Positions 25,856 to 34,631 of a DNA stretch of 64,000 bases are shown here, piece by piece (the first letter of the stretch is position 1; each line of letters begins with the position of its first letter). The stretch comes from Flavobacteriales bacterium (GTDB lineage Bacteria; Bacteroidota; Bacteroidia; Flavobacteriales_G; JALEGO01). The stretch covers positions 35,308 to 99,307 of the forward strand of contig JAHDHZ010000002.1 in the NCBI GenBank assembly GCA_020631045.1. The letters run 5' to 3'. The translations under genes and the position numbers were made by a program. Below the pieces are notes generated by a model, which saw only the letters and a program-made list of their open reading frames with translations, was not told the origin of the DNA and searched no databases.

Positions 25856-26753
25856 CCGTTGTTGATTTAAAGATCGATTCGAGGGCTTGTTTTTTCTCAG
25901 TTAAATTTAAAATGGCGTTATTTTGCTTTACTGCAAAATCAAAAATTTGCTTTCGAACATCTTGCTCTGCTTTAATCAGGTATTTGTGCTCGCCAAGTTT
26001 ATTGACATCTTGTACTCCAATGATTTCAAGCATCTTATCTTCAATGACCTGATCACTGAACAAGACTTCAAAAAAGTAAACTTGTTGAGACAGCTCTTTG
26101 TTTATTTGAGATTTGTGCTGATTGAGTTTTAATTTGCCTTGATCTAAAATAAGTACGCGGTCACAAATGGCTTCTACTTCTTGCAAGATATGGGTACTCA
26201 TCATAATGGTTTTGTCTGCCCCTAAGGTTTTAATAAGCTCTCTGATTTCAAGTATTTGATTAGGATCTAAACCTGTTGTGGGTTCATCTAAAATCAATAC
26301 CTTAGGATCGTGTATCAAGGCTGATGCTAAACCAACACGTTGGCGGTATCCTTTTGAGAGTGCTCCTATTTTCTTGTGTGATTCTTTGCTTAATCCTACC
26401 AAATCAATCATCTCAGCTACTCGAGTGCTAACTTTATCAAGCTTATGAATGCGTGCATTAAAAGCAAGAAACTCTCGTACATACATCTCTAAATACAAAG
26501 GATTGTGTTCGGGTAAATATCCAATTAACGCTTGGGTTTGCTTTAAATGTTCTTGTACATCTAAACCACAAACCTCAATACGCCCCTGATCAGGCTGTAA
26601 ATATCCAGTAATAATTTTCATCATAGTGCTCTTTCCTGCTCCATTAGGGCCTAAAAAACCTATGATTTCAGATGATTCTACACTAAAACTTACGCTATCA
26701 AGCGCTTTTTGAGCACCGTAATACTTAGTTATATTTTCAATCACCAAAGACAT
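25848..26753 (-). CDS. ABC transporter ATP-binding protein, GldA-like
   Basis: Walker A GPNGAGKST, signature LSKGYRQRV, Walker B LILDEPTTGLD. The ~300-aa size and N-terminal sequence resemble gliding-motility GldA (from memory). Confidence 0.8.
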   Translation of the reverse strand: MSLVIENITKYYGAQKALDSVSFSVESSEIIGFLGPNGAGKSTMMKIITGYLQPDQGRIEVCGLDVQEHLKQTQALIGYLPEHNPLYLEMYVREFLAFNARIHKLDKVSTRVAEMIDLVGLSKESHKKIGALSKGYRQRVGLASALIHDPKVLILDEPTTGLDPNQILEIRELIKTLGADKTIMMSTHILQEVEAICDRVLILDQGKLKLNQHKSQINKELSQQVYFFEVLFSDQVIEDKMLEIIGVQDVNKLGEHKYLIKAEQDVRKQIFDFAVKQNNAILNLTEKKQALESIFKSTTGA

Positions 26754-26770
26754 GTATTCAAAGTTACGTT

Positions 26771-26784
26771 AAAAGTCGACTTTT
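26771..26784. promoter_or_regulatory. Perfect 14-bp palindrome AAAAGTCGACTTTT in a divergent promoter region
   Basis: Self-complementary sequence 18 nt upstream of the GldA-like start codon. Confidence 0.3.
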
Positions 26785-26811
26785 CTAACTCAATTGCACT
26801 TAGAATATTAC

Positions 26812-26836
26812 AAACAGTTCTAAGAAACTGTTTAAA
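26812..26836 (+). repeat. Copy of the recurring 15-mer AAGAAACTGTTTAAA, embedded in a local inverted repeat AAACAGTT-N6-AACTGTTT
   Basis: 26822-26836 is identical to 11510-11524 and to the reverse complement of 3935-3949. Arms 26812-26819 and 26826-26833 are complementary. Confidence 0.7.
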
Positions 26837-26844
26837 TTTGAAAC

Positions 26845-27783
26845 GTGCAAGGATTGGTCTTAAAATCTACGGGAAATTGGTATGAGGTACGCGCCATTGA
26901 AAACAATGAGCTTTACTACTGTAGGTTAAAGGGCAAAATAAGAACCCTTGACATTAAAGCCACCAATCCTGTTGCTGTAGGAGATTTTGTTGAATTTGAT
27001 GAAGGTGAACCTCTAGATGGTCAAGCTCAAGGAATGATTACTAAAATTCAGCAGCGAAAGAATCACATTGTCAGAAAATCAGTCAATCTATCAAAACAAT
27101 ACCAAGTTATTGCAGCCAACATTGATCAATTGGTTTTAATCTGTACAATTAAAAACCCTGAGACAACTTCTGCATTCATCGATCGATTCATATTAACTGC
27201 TGAAGCATTTGGCATTGAAACTAAACTGGTGTTCAATAAGATTGATCTGCTCAACAAAGTCGAAGCTGAAATTTTAAAAGAAACTATTGAGAAATATGAA
27301 TCTATTAAATATAAGTGTTTTGAAATTTCAATAACAAAATCGATTAACACTGAGCAATTAAAAGCACTGTTTCATAAAAAAACCTCTTTAATTGCTGGTA
27401 ATTCAGGCGTAGGTAAATCAAGTATTGTCAGTTTATTAAATCCTGATTTAAAGGTAAAAGTAGGCGCTGTTTCTTCAGCACATCTCAAAGGCAAACACAC
27501 TACAACCTTTGCTCAAATGCACAGTATTGATCAGCACAGTTATATTATTGACACGCCTGGCATTAAAAGTTTTGCTTTAAGCGACATTGAAAAGCAAGAG
27601 GTAGGCCTTTATTTTAAAGAATTTTTCAAGATCTCTTCAGATTGCAAATTCAACAACTGCATGCATTTAAACGAACCATCATGTGCTATAAAAAAGGCCA
27701 TTGAGAAAAATACCATCCACCCAGATCGCTATGCAAACTATCTAAAAATCTTAGAAGATTCTGAGCAAAAATATCGATCATGA
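26845..27783 (+). CDS. rsgA: Ribosome small-subunit-dependent GTPase A
   Basis: Circularly permuted GTPase order (NKIDL ... GNSGVGKSS ... DTPG) and a C-terminal zinc cluster CKFNNCMHLNEPSC. GTG start. Confidence 0.9.
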   Translation: MQGLVLKSTGNWYEVRAIENNELYYCRLKGKIRTLDIKATNPVAVGDFVEFDEGEPLDGQAQGMITKIQQRKNHIVRKSVNLSKQYQVIAANIDQLVLICTIKNPETTSAFIDRFILTAEAFGIETKLVFNKIDLLNKVEAEILKETIEKYESIKYKCFEISITKSINTEQLKALFHKKTSLIAGNSGVGKSSIVSLLNPDLKVKVGAVSSAHLKGKHTTTFAQMHSIDQHSYIIDTPGIKSFALSDIEKQEVGLYFKEFFKISSDCKFNNCMHLNEPSCAIKKAIEKNTIHPDRYANYLKILEDSEQKYRS

Positions 27784-28217
27784 AATGCCTAATACAAAGA
27801 GTTAAATGTGCTGAAGTTGCTGTAAAAAAAGAAACAATTGCTCAAATAAAGGCCGGAATATTAATTTTCTTGGCCGTTGAAAAAGACGACACTGTTGAAC
27901 AAGCTGAAAAATTAGCACAAAAAATCATTCAACTACGCATTTTTAATGATCAAAATAACAAGCCTAATTTAAATATTATTCAAACTCAAAATTCCATACT
28001 TGTGGTGAGTCAATTTACCTTAGCAGGCTCAACTAAAAAAGGAAACAGACCTTCTTTTGTTGGTGCTGAACATCCTGAAAAAGCCATCAAAATCTATGAC
28101 CATTTTTGTGCTTTTATTCAATCAAATGTAACAGATACTCAAAAAGGCATGTTTGGCGCTCACATGGATGTACATCTCATTAATGATGGACCTTACACAT
28201 TGTGGTTAGAAGCATAA
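27780..28217 (+). CDS. dtd: D-aminoacyl-tRNA deacylase
   Basis: SQFTLAG and NDGPYTLW motifs; 145 aa. Confidence 0.9.
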   Translation: MKCLIQRVKCAEVAVKKETIAQIKAGILIFLAVEKDDTVEQAEKLAQKIIQLRIFNDQNNKPNLNIIQTQNSILVVSQFTLAGSTKKGNRPSFVGAEHPEKAIKIYDHFCAFIQSNVTDTQKGMFGAHMDVHLINDGPYTLWLEA

Positions 28218-28244
28218 TTAAGATTTCATTACTTTTGTTTTTAT

Positions 28245-28718
28245 ATGGAATTCGATCGAAATATTGTTTTAGGCAAAGGCGTAGGAAAAATTAATTTTCA
28301 AATGACCAAATCTCAAGTAGAAGCCTTACTTGGCAAAGCAGATGAAATTGAAAACTTCTCTTATTCTGACTCTGCAGAAGATTTGACAGAAGTTTGGCAT
28401 TACGATGAGTTAGACCTCTCTATGAGTTTTGATGAAGAATATAACTATACCTTAACAACTATTGCGATAAGTTCTGACCAATTCACTTTAGAGGGCAAAC
28501 ATGTGATGGGCAAAGCAAAAACAGAAATTCTCAGTGAACTAAACAAACTTGAATTAGGAGATTATTATACAGAAGATTTTGAAGATGAAATTACAATGAT
28601 TTTCTTTGAGCAATTTGGGCTTCACCTATGGTTCGAGCAAGATGTTTTGAACGAAATTCAAATTCATTATTTTGAAGACCAAGAACATGCTAAAGTAATT
28701 CCTTTTTCGGCCAATTGA
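28245..28718 (+). CDS. Hypothetical cytoplasmic acidic protein
   Basis: 157-aa ORF with no signal peptide and no motif I recognise. Confidence 0.5.
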   Translation: MEFDRNIVLGKGVGKINFQMTKSQVEALLGKADEIENFSYSDSAEDLTEVWHYDELDLSMSFDEEYNYTLTTIAISSDQFTLEGKHVMGKAKTEILSELNKLELGDYYTEDFEDEITMIFFEQFGLHLWFEQDVLNEIQIHYFEDQEHAKVIPFSAN

Positions 28719-29158
28719 TGTTCAAAAAACTCTTTATAGCACTTAGTTTTTTTTGCAATTTAAATCTAGGGGCTCAAATAAATAAAATAGGTTTTCATAT
28801 TGGCATTTTACACTACAGTTTAAATTATCAACATATTTTCTATCAAAACAATGCATACTCTGTTGCTGCTCTTTTGAAGGGCGGATATGTAAATTACGGA
28901 CAACTCTCAGGCAAAACAATTGGTGTGGGATCAATACTGAGAAAAAAGTTGCGCAATAACTTCTCTTTTTATTCTAGCATGAATTTAAACCTGTTGATTC
29001 ATGCCACTGATAAGCTAAGTGCTGACCGCTCACCATACAACACTGTATTGCCTGGCATTTCTTTTGGAGCTGAGAAAACCATCAATAAAAAAATTGGGCT
29101 GCAATTTGCAACAGGATTTCCTGAGCTTATTTTATTAGGCATCAATTACGACTTATAA
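28715..29158 (+). CDS. Hypothetical small secreted protein, possibly an outer-membrane beta-barrel
   Basis: Signal peptide, alternating hydrophobic strand pattern, aromatic-rich C-terminus (GINYDL). Confidence 0.45.
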   Translation: MMFKKLFIALSFFCNLNLGAQINKIGFHIGILHYSLNYQHIFYQNNAYSVAALLKGGYVNYGQLSGKTIGVGSILRKKLRNNFSFYSSMNLNLLIHATDKLSADRSPYNTVLPGISFGAEKTINKKIGLQFATGFPELILLGINYDL

Positions 29159-29171
29159 AAGCTGTTTTGGC

Positions 29172-29822
29172 ATGATTGAACTGAAAAATATTACAAAAAA
29201 TTACGGCGATACTCAAGTTCTCAAAGGTATTGATCTGTCTATTGGACCAAATCAAATTATTTCAATTGTGGGCGCATCTGGAGCAGGAAAAACCACTTTA
29301 CTTGAGATTATCGGTACGCTTTCTAGACCTACTTCTGGGCAGTTATTGTTTGATGATCGTTCTATTGAAGGATTTTCTGATAAAGAGTTGTCTGGTTTTA
29401 GAAACCAACACATCGGATTCATCTTTCAATTTCATCAATTGCTTGAAGAATTCTCAGCCATTGAAAATGTGATGCTGCCTGGCTTAATTGCCAAGAACAA
29501 TAAAACTGATGTCTTACAAAAAGCCAAAACCTTACTAGATCGTTTGGGCGTAGGGCATAGAAAAGATCACAAACCTTCACAATTAAGTGGCGGAGAACAA
29601 CAGCGCATTGCAGCTTGTAGAGCAATGATTAACAATCCTAAAGTTATTCTAGCAGATGAACCCACAGGAAACCTTGATTCTGGCAATGCACAAGAATTGC
29701 AGAACATTTTTTTTGAATTAAAAGAGATCTATCAACAAAGTTTTGTCATTGTTTCTCACAATGAAAAATTAGCTGAACGTACAGATCGAAAAATCACCAT
29801 TGTAGATGGCAAAATACTCTAG
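29172..29822 (+). CDS. ABC transporter ATP-binding protein, LolD/MacB-type
   Basis: Walker A GASGAGKTT, signature LSGGEQQRIA, Walker B ILADEPTGNLD. Confidence 0.85.
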   Translation: MIELKNITKNYGDTQVLKGIDLSIGPNQIISIVGASGAGKTTLLEIIGTLSRPTSGQLLFDDRSIEGFSDKELSGFRNQHIGFIFQFHQLLEEFSAIENVMLPGLIAKNNKTDVLQKAKTLLDRLGVGHRKDHKPSQLSGGEQQRIAACRAMINNPKVILADEPTGNLDSGNAQELQNIFFELKEIYQQSFVIVSHNEKLAERTDRKITIVDGKIL

Positions 29823-30558
29823 TGACCTTCACGCTTTTTTAGAGCAAAAGTTTGAGCAATACAACCATGCTAAATTTATTGAGAGTGATCCGATTCAAAT
29901 CCCAAAGCGTTTTGAAAAACTTCAAGACATAGAAATAGCTGGTTTTTTTGCTGCAATTTTAGCTTGGGGACAACGCAAAACCATCATCAATAAATGCAAC
30001 ATGTTGATGAATTTGATGGATGAGTCACCACATGAATTCTGTTTAAATGCTACTGAAAAAGATCTCAAGAATCTTGAGCATTTTAAACACAGAACTTTCA
30101 ATGGCATAGATCTTAAATACTTCATTGGTACGCTAAAAACCATTTACACCAACCACTCCTCCCTACAATCCTTATTCTCCCACAAAGACCCCATCACAAG
30201 AATCACTCAATTTAGAACAACGTTTTTTAGCTCCCCTTCTCACCCCAAACGTACTGAAAAACACATTTCTAACCCCCTGACCAATTCAGCTTGTAAACGC
30301 CTAAACATGTATCTGCGCTGGATGGTTAGAGATAACATAGATTTCGGGCTTTGGAAAAACATTTCAAAAAGCTCTCTGCTGTGCCCTTTAGATGTACATA
30401 GCGGAAGAGTTGCACGAAAATTAGGCCTTCTATCAAGAAAGCAAAATGATCTGAAAGCTTGTTTAGAACTCAGTGAAAATTTAAAAAAATACGATGCGAA
30501 AGACCCGATCAAGTATGACATCGTTTTATTTTCTTTAGGCGTTTTTGAAAAATTTTAA
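29806..30558 (+). CDS. TIGR02757 (DUF2400) family protein
   Basis: The N-terminal FIESDPIQIP and later DVHSGRVARKLGLL pattern are recalled from this conserved Bacteroidota family. Function unknown. Confidence 0.55.
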   Translation: MAKYSSDLHAFLEQKFEQYNHAKFIESDPIQIPKRFEKLQDIEIAGFFAAILAWGQRKTIINKCNMLMNLMDESPHEFCLNATEKDLKNLEHFKHRTFNGIDLKYFIGTLKTIYTNHSSLQSLFSHKDPITRITQFRTTFFSSPSHPKRTEKHISNPLTNSACKRLNMYLRWMVRDNIDFGLWKNISKSSLLCPLDVHSGRVARKLGLLSRKQNDLKACLELSENLKKYDAKDPIKYDIVLFSLGVFEKF

Positions 30559-30573
30559 GAGTTTTGTCATGCT

Positions 30574-32217
30574 GTGTTACAAAGTCTTTTCATACAGAAC
30601 TATCTTCTAATCAATGAACTTGAACTTGAGTTTGATGCGCATTTAAATATTCTTACTGGCGAAACTGGTGCAGGCAAGTCTATTTTACTTGGCGCAATGG
30701 GTTTAATTCGAGGTCACCGCGCAGATTTAGGCGTATTGTCAGATAAAAGCAAAAAATGTATTGTTGAGGCTATTTTTAAACTAGATGAAACACGCTTCAA
30801 ACCTTGGTTCGAGCAAAACGAAATTGAATTTCACAAACACTGTATCATTCGAAGAGAAATCTCTCCCAGTGGACGTTCAAGAGCCTTTATCAACGATGCA
30901 GTTCAACCCTTAGAAGTTTTAAAGCATTTAGGGTTTCAACTCATCGATATTCATTCTCAGCACGATACTTTACTGATTAACAATGCAGAGGTTCAACTCA
31001 ACTTAATTGACACTTTTGCTCAAAACAACAAACAGCTAGAAGCCTTTCAAAAAGCCTTTACCGACTACAAAAGACATAAAAAGGCCTTAGAAGAGTTTCT
31101 CAATACTCATAAAAACTTTGATGCTTCTTACGTAAGTTATCAGCATGAAGAGCTTGAAAAACTCAATTTAAAAAAAGGTGAATCTGAAGATCTAACAAGA
31201 CAACTAAAACAAGCAGAAAACACCCAGCAAATAGCCTCAGTAAAAGATCAAATTAGCTCGCTACTCTACAATGAACAATTCAATGTAATTGCAAGATTGC
31301 ATCAAATCAAGCAAGAGTTGAGCAATTTAGAAAACATCTTTGGAGCTCAGATTATTGAGCGACTTTCAAGTTTGATTATCGAATTAGAAGATATTGAAAA
31401 TGAAGTCTCTTCTAGGGGTACTGAAAATTTTTCTTTTGAAGAAATCCAAAACATTGAAAAGCGCTTAGACAAAATCAATGCGCTTGCTTTTAAGCACAAC
31501 ACTAAGTACCCTGATGAGTTGATCAATATCATGCAAGATTTTGAAGAACAGCTCAATGCAAACCAAGACCTTGAAGCAAAAAAAAACAAGATTCAACAAG
31601 CAGTTGACAAGGCCCATGAAAAGGCGCTCAAACAAGCTAAAGCTTTAAGCGCTTCAAGAAAAAAACACATTTTGGTAATTGCTGAAAACATTGAGCATAT
31701 GCTTAGTGATTTAAATATGCCTTCAGCATCTATTCAAATCAATGTGAGTGAACAAGAAACCCTCACTCAATTTGGTATTGATAAAATAGAGTTCTTACTC
31801 AAAACCAATGAAGGATCTGACTTTAAGCCAATTAAAAAAGCTGCTAGTGGCGGAGAGCTTTCTAGAATAATGCTTGCCTTCAAAACGTTATTAAGTCAAA
31901 AAATTGAGCTTCCTTGTTTAATTTTTGATGAGATTGATACTGGGGTTTCTGGCCAAACAGCAGAAAAAGTAGGCAGTGCTATTGAAAAAATTTCTAAAGA
32001 CAATCAATTGATTGTCATTACACATCTGGTTCAAGTTGCTTGTAAAAAAGGGCGTCATTTCAAAGTTGAAAAACACGCTAAGACCGGACAAACACACACA
32101 ACAGTAAAAACACTTGATAAAACTCAACGACTTGAAAGCCTTGCTCAAATGTTAAGCGGCAAAGAAATCACTCAAAGTGCACTTCAGCACGCTAAAAATC
32201 TTTTAGAAGCTGTTTAG
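30574..32217 (+). CDS. recN: DNA repair protein RecN
   Basis: Walker A GETGAGKSIL, a long coiled coil, the ASGGELSRIMLA signature and Walker B LIFDEIDTG. Confidence 0.9.
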   Translation: MLQSLFIQNYLLINELELEFDAHLNILTGETGAGKSILLGAMGLIRGHRADLGVLSDKSKKCIVEAIFKLDETRFKPWFEQNEIEFHKHCIIRREISPSGRSRAFINDAVQPLEVLKHLGFQLIDIHSQHDTLLINNAEVQLNLIDTFAQNNKQLEAFQKAFTDYKRHKKALEEFLNTHKNFDASYVSYQHEELEKLNLKKGESEDLTRQLKQAENTQQIASVKDQISSLLYNEQFNVIARLHQIKQELSNLENIFGAQIIERLSSLIIELEDIENEVSSRGTENFSFEEIQNIEKRLDKINALAFKHNTKYPDELINIMQDFEEQLNANQDLEAKKNKIQQAVDKAHEKALKQAKALSASRKKHILVIAENIEHMLSDLNMPSASIQINVSEQETLTQFGIDKIEFLLKTNEGSDFKPIKKAASGGELSRIMLAFKTLLSQKIELPCLIFDEIDTGVSGQTAEKVGSAIEKISKDNQLIVITHLVQVACKKGRHFKVEKHAKTGQTHTTVKTLDKTQRLESLAQMLSGKEITQSALQHAKNLLEAV

Positions 32218-32228
32218 AGAGACTCTTT

Positions 32229-34622
32229 TTAAAAATCAATTAAAAAGCCAATTGTAGGTAGTAGATTAGAACTGCTGTTTTCAATTTCTTCAAGCGTATA
32301 GGCACCTGCTGAAGTTTCAATGGGCTTGCCTTGAGCATCTCTTAGAGGGTCTAAAAATGGTCGATCAGTTATGGTTGCTGCATATATGTTTTGAATATCG
32401 ATGTATAGATCAAGAGAAAATTTATCAAAATAGTAACGTTTATCAACACGCACATCTAACCCGTGAGTCGCAGGTAATCTTAAAGCATTGATTTGAGTGA
32501 AATCTAAAATACCTATGCCTGTTGCATCCCAAATATTTTTTTGAGAAGAGATTGCAATATTGTAAGGTGTATAAGGTGCTCCACCAGAATATCTGAATTT
32601 AAACCCTAACTCCCACCCTTTTTTAAAACGCTTACCTGCAGAAAGGTTGATGATGTGTCCAAAATCCCAAGATGAGGCGATAAATTGATCAGCATCAGCA
32701 TTTGAAAACTCACTTTTCACATAAGTATAAGCCAATATTCCATAGAAACCTTTAAATAAACGCTGCCTGTAAAGAAACTCCAATCCATATGCTCTACCTG
32801 AAGAGGTAGACTCAAAAGCGCCATTCCCTACCACTCCAAAATCTGCTCCCAAGTTAGCAAGCGATATAGAATCTGTCAATGAAAATGGGTAATCATTATA
32901 ATGCTTGTAAAAACCCTCAAGGGTCATTCGAGCTCCTTGATAGGGCCTGAATTCAAGTCCTGAGACTAGATGGTCAGATTGAATAAAGCGGGTTCTGCTT
33001 TGATTTACAAAAGCCTGTTGTTGTTGAAACCCAAGAACTGTATAAGCCGGAAGCTGAGTATAACGGCCTGTAGAGAAATTGATACTCAACTGATCTGAAA
33101 TCATAAAACTTGCAGAAAATCTCGGTGAGAGTTGCTTGAAAAGATTCCTCATCTGATCATTGTAATTATTTGCATCTGCTCTTAATCCAAAAGCAAGCCC
33201 TAATCTTTCATCTAATAGATTTTTTGAGAGTTGAAAAAATGGTGCGTAAGAGACTAAATTAAGTTCAGAAGAGTAATCAAAAGTTTGGTTTTGGCCATTG
33301 ATTACAATTCTCTCATCAAAAGTTGTATTGGTATAGCGTGCATGTTGCAGCGCTAATCCATACAACAGCTTAAAACCGGCTTTTCTCAAGTGGTGTTCAT
33401 ATCTAAATTTATTTTCTATTTCACTTGAATTGTAGTCAAATAGCAAGTTTTCATCGACCTCAATGTTTTCACTATACTTGATTGCTTTGTTTTGAAGTTG
33501 ATTTCTACTCACCACAAAATTTTGATACCCATCATTGCCAAAATGGGTATATACTGCTCCAATTGCATAATTCCATTGACTGTTTACAGGAATATTACCT
33601 AAAGCATAATTATTTCTTTTCAGAGTAATCGAATCAGTGACTCCATCATTGGCCTGTTGGTTGAGTACGAAATCATCAATAGCACCCAATCCTAAGATTG
33701 TCAATTTATTTTTATCATTTAAATCAAGGTTATATTTGAATTGAGCATCGTTGTATGTAGGCAGAAAAGGGAGTTTCAATGCGGCAAACAAAAATTGCAA
33801 GTATGATCTTCTTGCCGAGAACAAGAAAGTTGAACGCTCAGATAAAGGCCCTTCTAAAGTAATTCCTGCATCGCTTGACCCTAATAAAAAAGTACCTTTT
33901 AATTTTTCTTTATTGGCTAATTTTTGTTTGAATTCAAATACACTACTCAAAGCATTGCCTCTTGCTGCGCTGAACGCAGAAGAAAAATAATCAACATTAC
34001 GAATTAAATTTACATTCAGCATACCCACTGGACCTCCAGAAGAGCCTTGTGTTGCAAAATGATTGATGTTTGAAACTTCAATGCCGTCAAGATAAAAGCG
34101 GTTTTCATTTGGTGCCCCACCTCTGATAATGATGTCATTTCTAAACGATGGAGTTGAAGCAACTCCTGGTAGATTTTGAATCACTTTTGAAATGTCACGG
34201 TTTCCTCCTGCAGATCTTTGAATTTCAGCTACACCAATGGTTCTTTTAGAAAGAGGTGAAACAATTGATCGCTCAAAAGCTTGTTGTTCAATGACAACCT
34301 CTTTAAGTTCAGTATTGATTTGTTGCAATTCAAAAACGAGTGGACTGTTCTTATTTGGTAAAACTTCAATTTCAAATAGTGTCAGGCTAGCATAACCCAC
34401 AAAACTTGCTTTAAAATTATAAATTCCCGGCGTAAGGTTTTCAAATTTAAAAACCCCTTGTTCATCTGCTACAACACCTCTTTGTGTTTGAAGAATCTGA
34501 ACAGTTGAAAAAGCTATAGGCTGACCATTTAATGCATCTCTTACTTGGCCAGAAAGTATTGTTTGTGTTCTTGATTGAATAGAAAATAAAACAAGAAGAA
34601 GGGTGCTTAAAAATCGAATCAT
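32229..34622 (-). CDS. TonB-dependent receptor with an N-terminal carboxypeptidase-regulatory-like domain
   Basis: Signal peptide, LSGQVRDA...GVFKFENL...G.Y (CarboxypepD_reg), a plug region (NRFYLDGIEV), a long beta-barrel and a terminal Phe. Confidence 0.85.
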   Translation of the reverse strand: MIRFLSTLLLVLFSIQSRTQTILSGQVRDALNGQPIAFSTVQILQTQRGVVADEQGVFKFENLTPGIYNFKASFVGYASLTLFEIEVLPNKNSPLVFELQQINTELKEVVIEQQAFERSIVSPLSKRTIGVAEIQRSAGGNRDISKVIQNLPGVASTPSFRNDIIIRGGAPNENRFYLDGIEVSNINHFATQGSSGGPVGMLNVNLIRNVDYFSSAFSAARGNALSSVFEFKQKLANKEKLKGTFLLGSSDAGITLEGPLSERSTFLFSARRSYLQFLFAALKLPFLPTYNDAQFKYNLDLNDKNKLTILGLGAIDDFVLNQQANDGVTDSITLKRNNYALGNIPVNSQWNYAIGAVYTHFGNDGYQNFVVSRNQLQNKAIKYSENIEVDENLLFDYNSSEIENKFRYEHHLRKAGFKLLYGLALQHARYTNTTFDERIVINGQNQTFDYSSELNLVSYAPFFQLSKNLLDERLGLAFGLRADANNYNDQMRNLFKQLSPRFSASFMISDQLSINFSTGRYTQLPAYTVLGFQQQQAFVNQSRTRFIQSDHLVSGLEFRPYQGARMTLEGFYKHYNDYPFSLTDSISLANLGADFGVVGNGAFESTSSGRAYGLEFLYRQRLFKGFYGILAYTYVKSEFSNADADQFIASSWDFGHIINLSAGKRFKKGWELGFKFRYSGGAPYTPYNIAISSQKNIWDATGIGILDFTQINALRLPATHGLDVRVDKRYYFDKFSLDLYIDIQNIYAATITDRPFLDPLRDAQGKPIETSAGAYTLEEIENSSSNLLPTIGFLIDF

Positions 34623-34631
34623 TACCTAATT

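Noticed and set aside
31570-31580. Homopolymer runs in coding sequence as phase-variation switches (for example A9 in recN at ~31571-31579, and A8 runs at ~1250 and ~1510)
   Set aside because: Such A/T runs are frequent throughout this AT-rich sequence and encode Lys-rich segments in intact frames. No truncated or frameshifted gene is associated with them.
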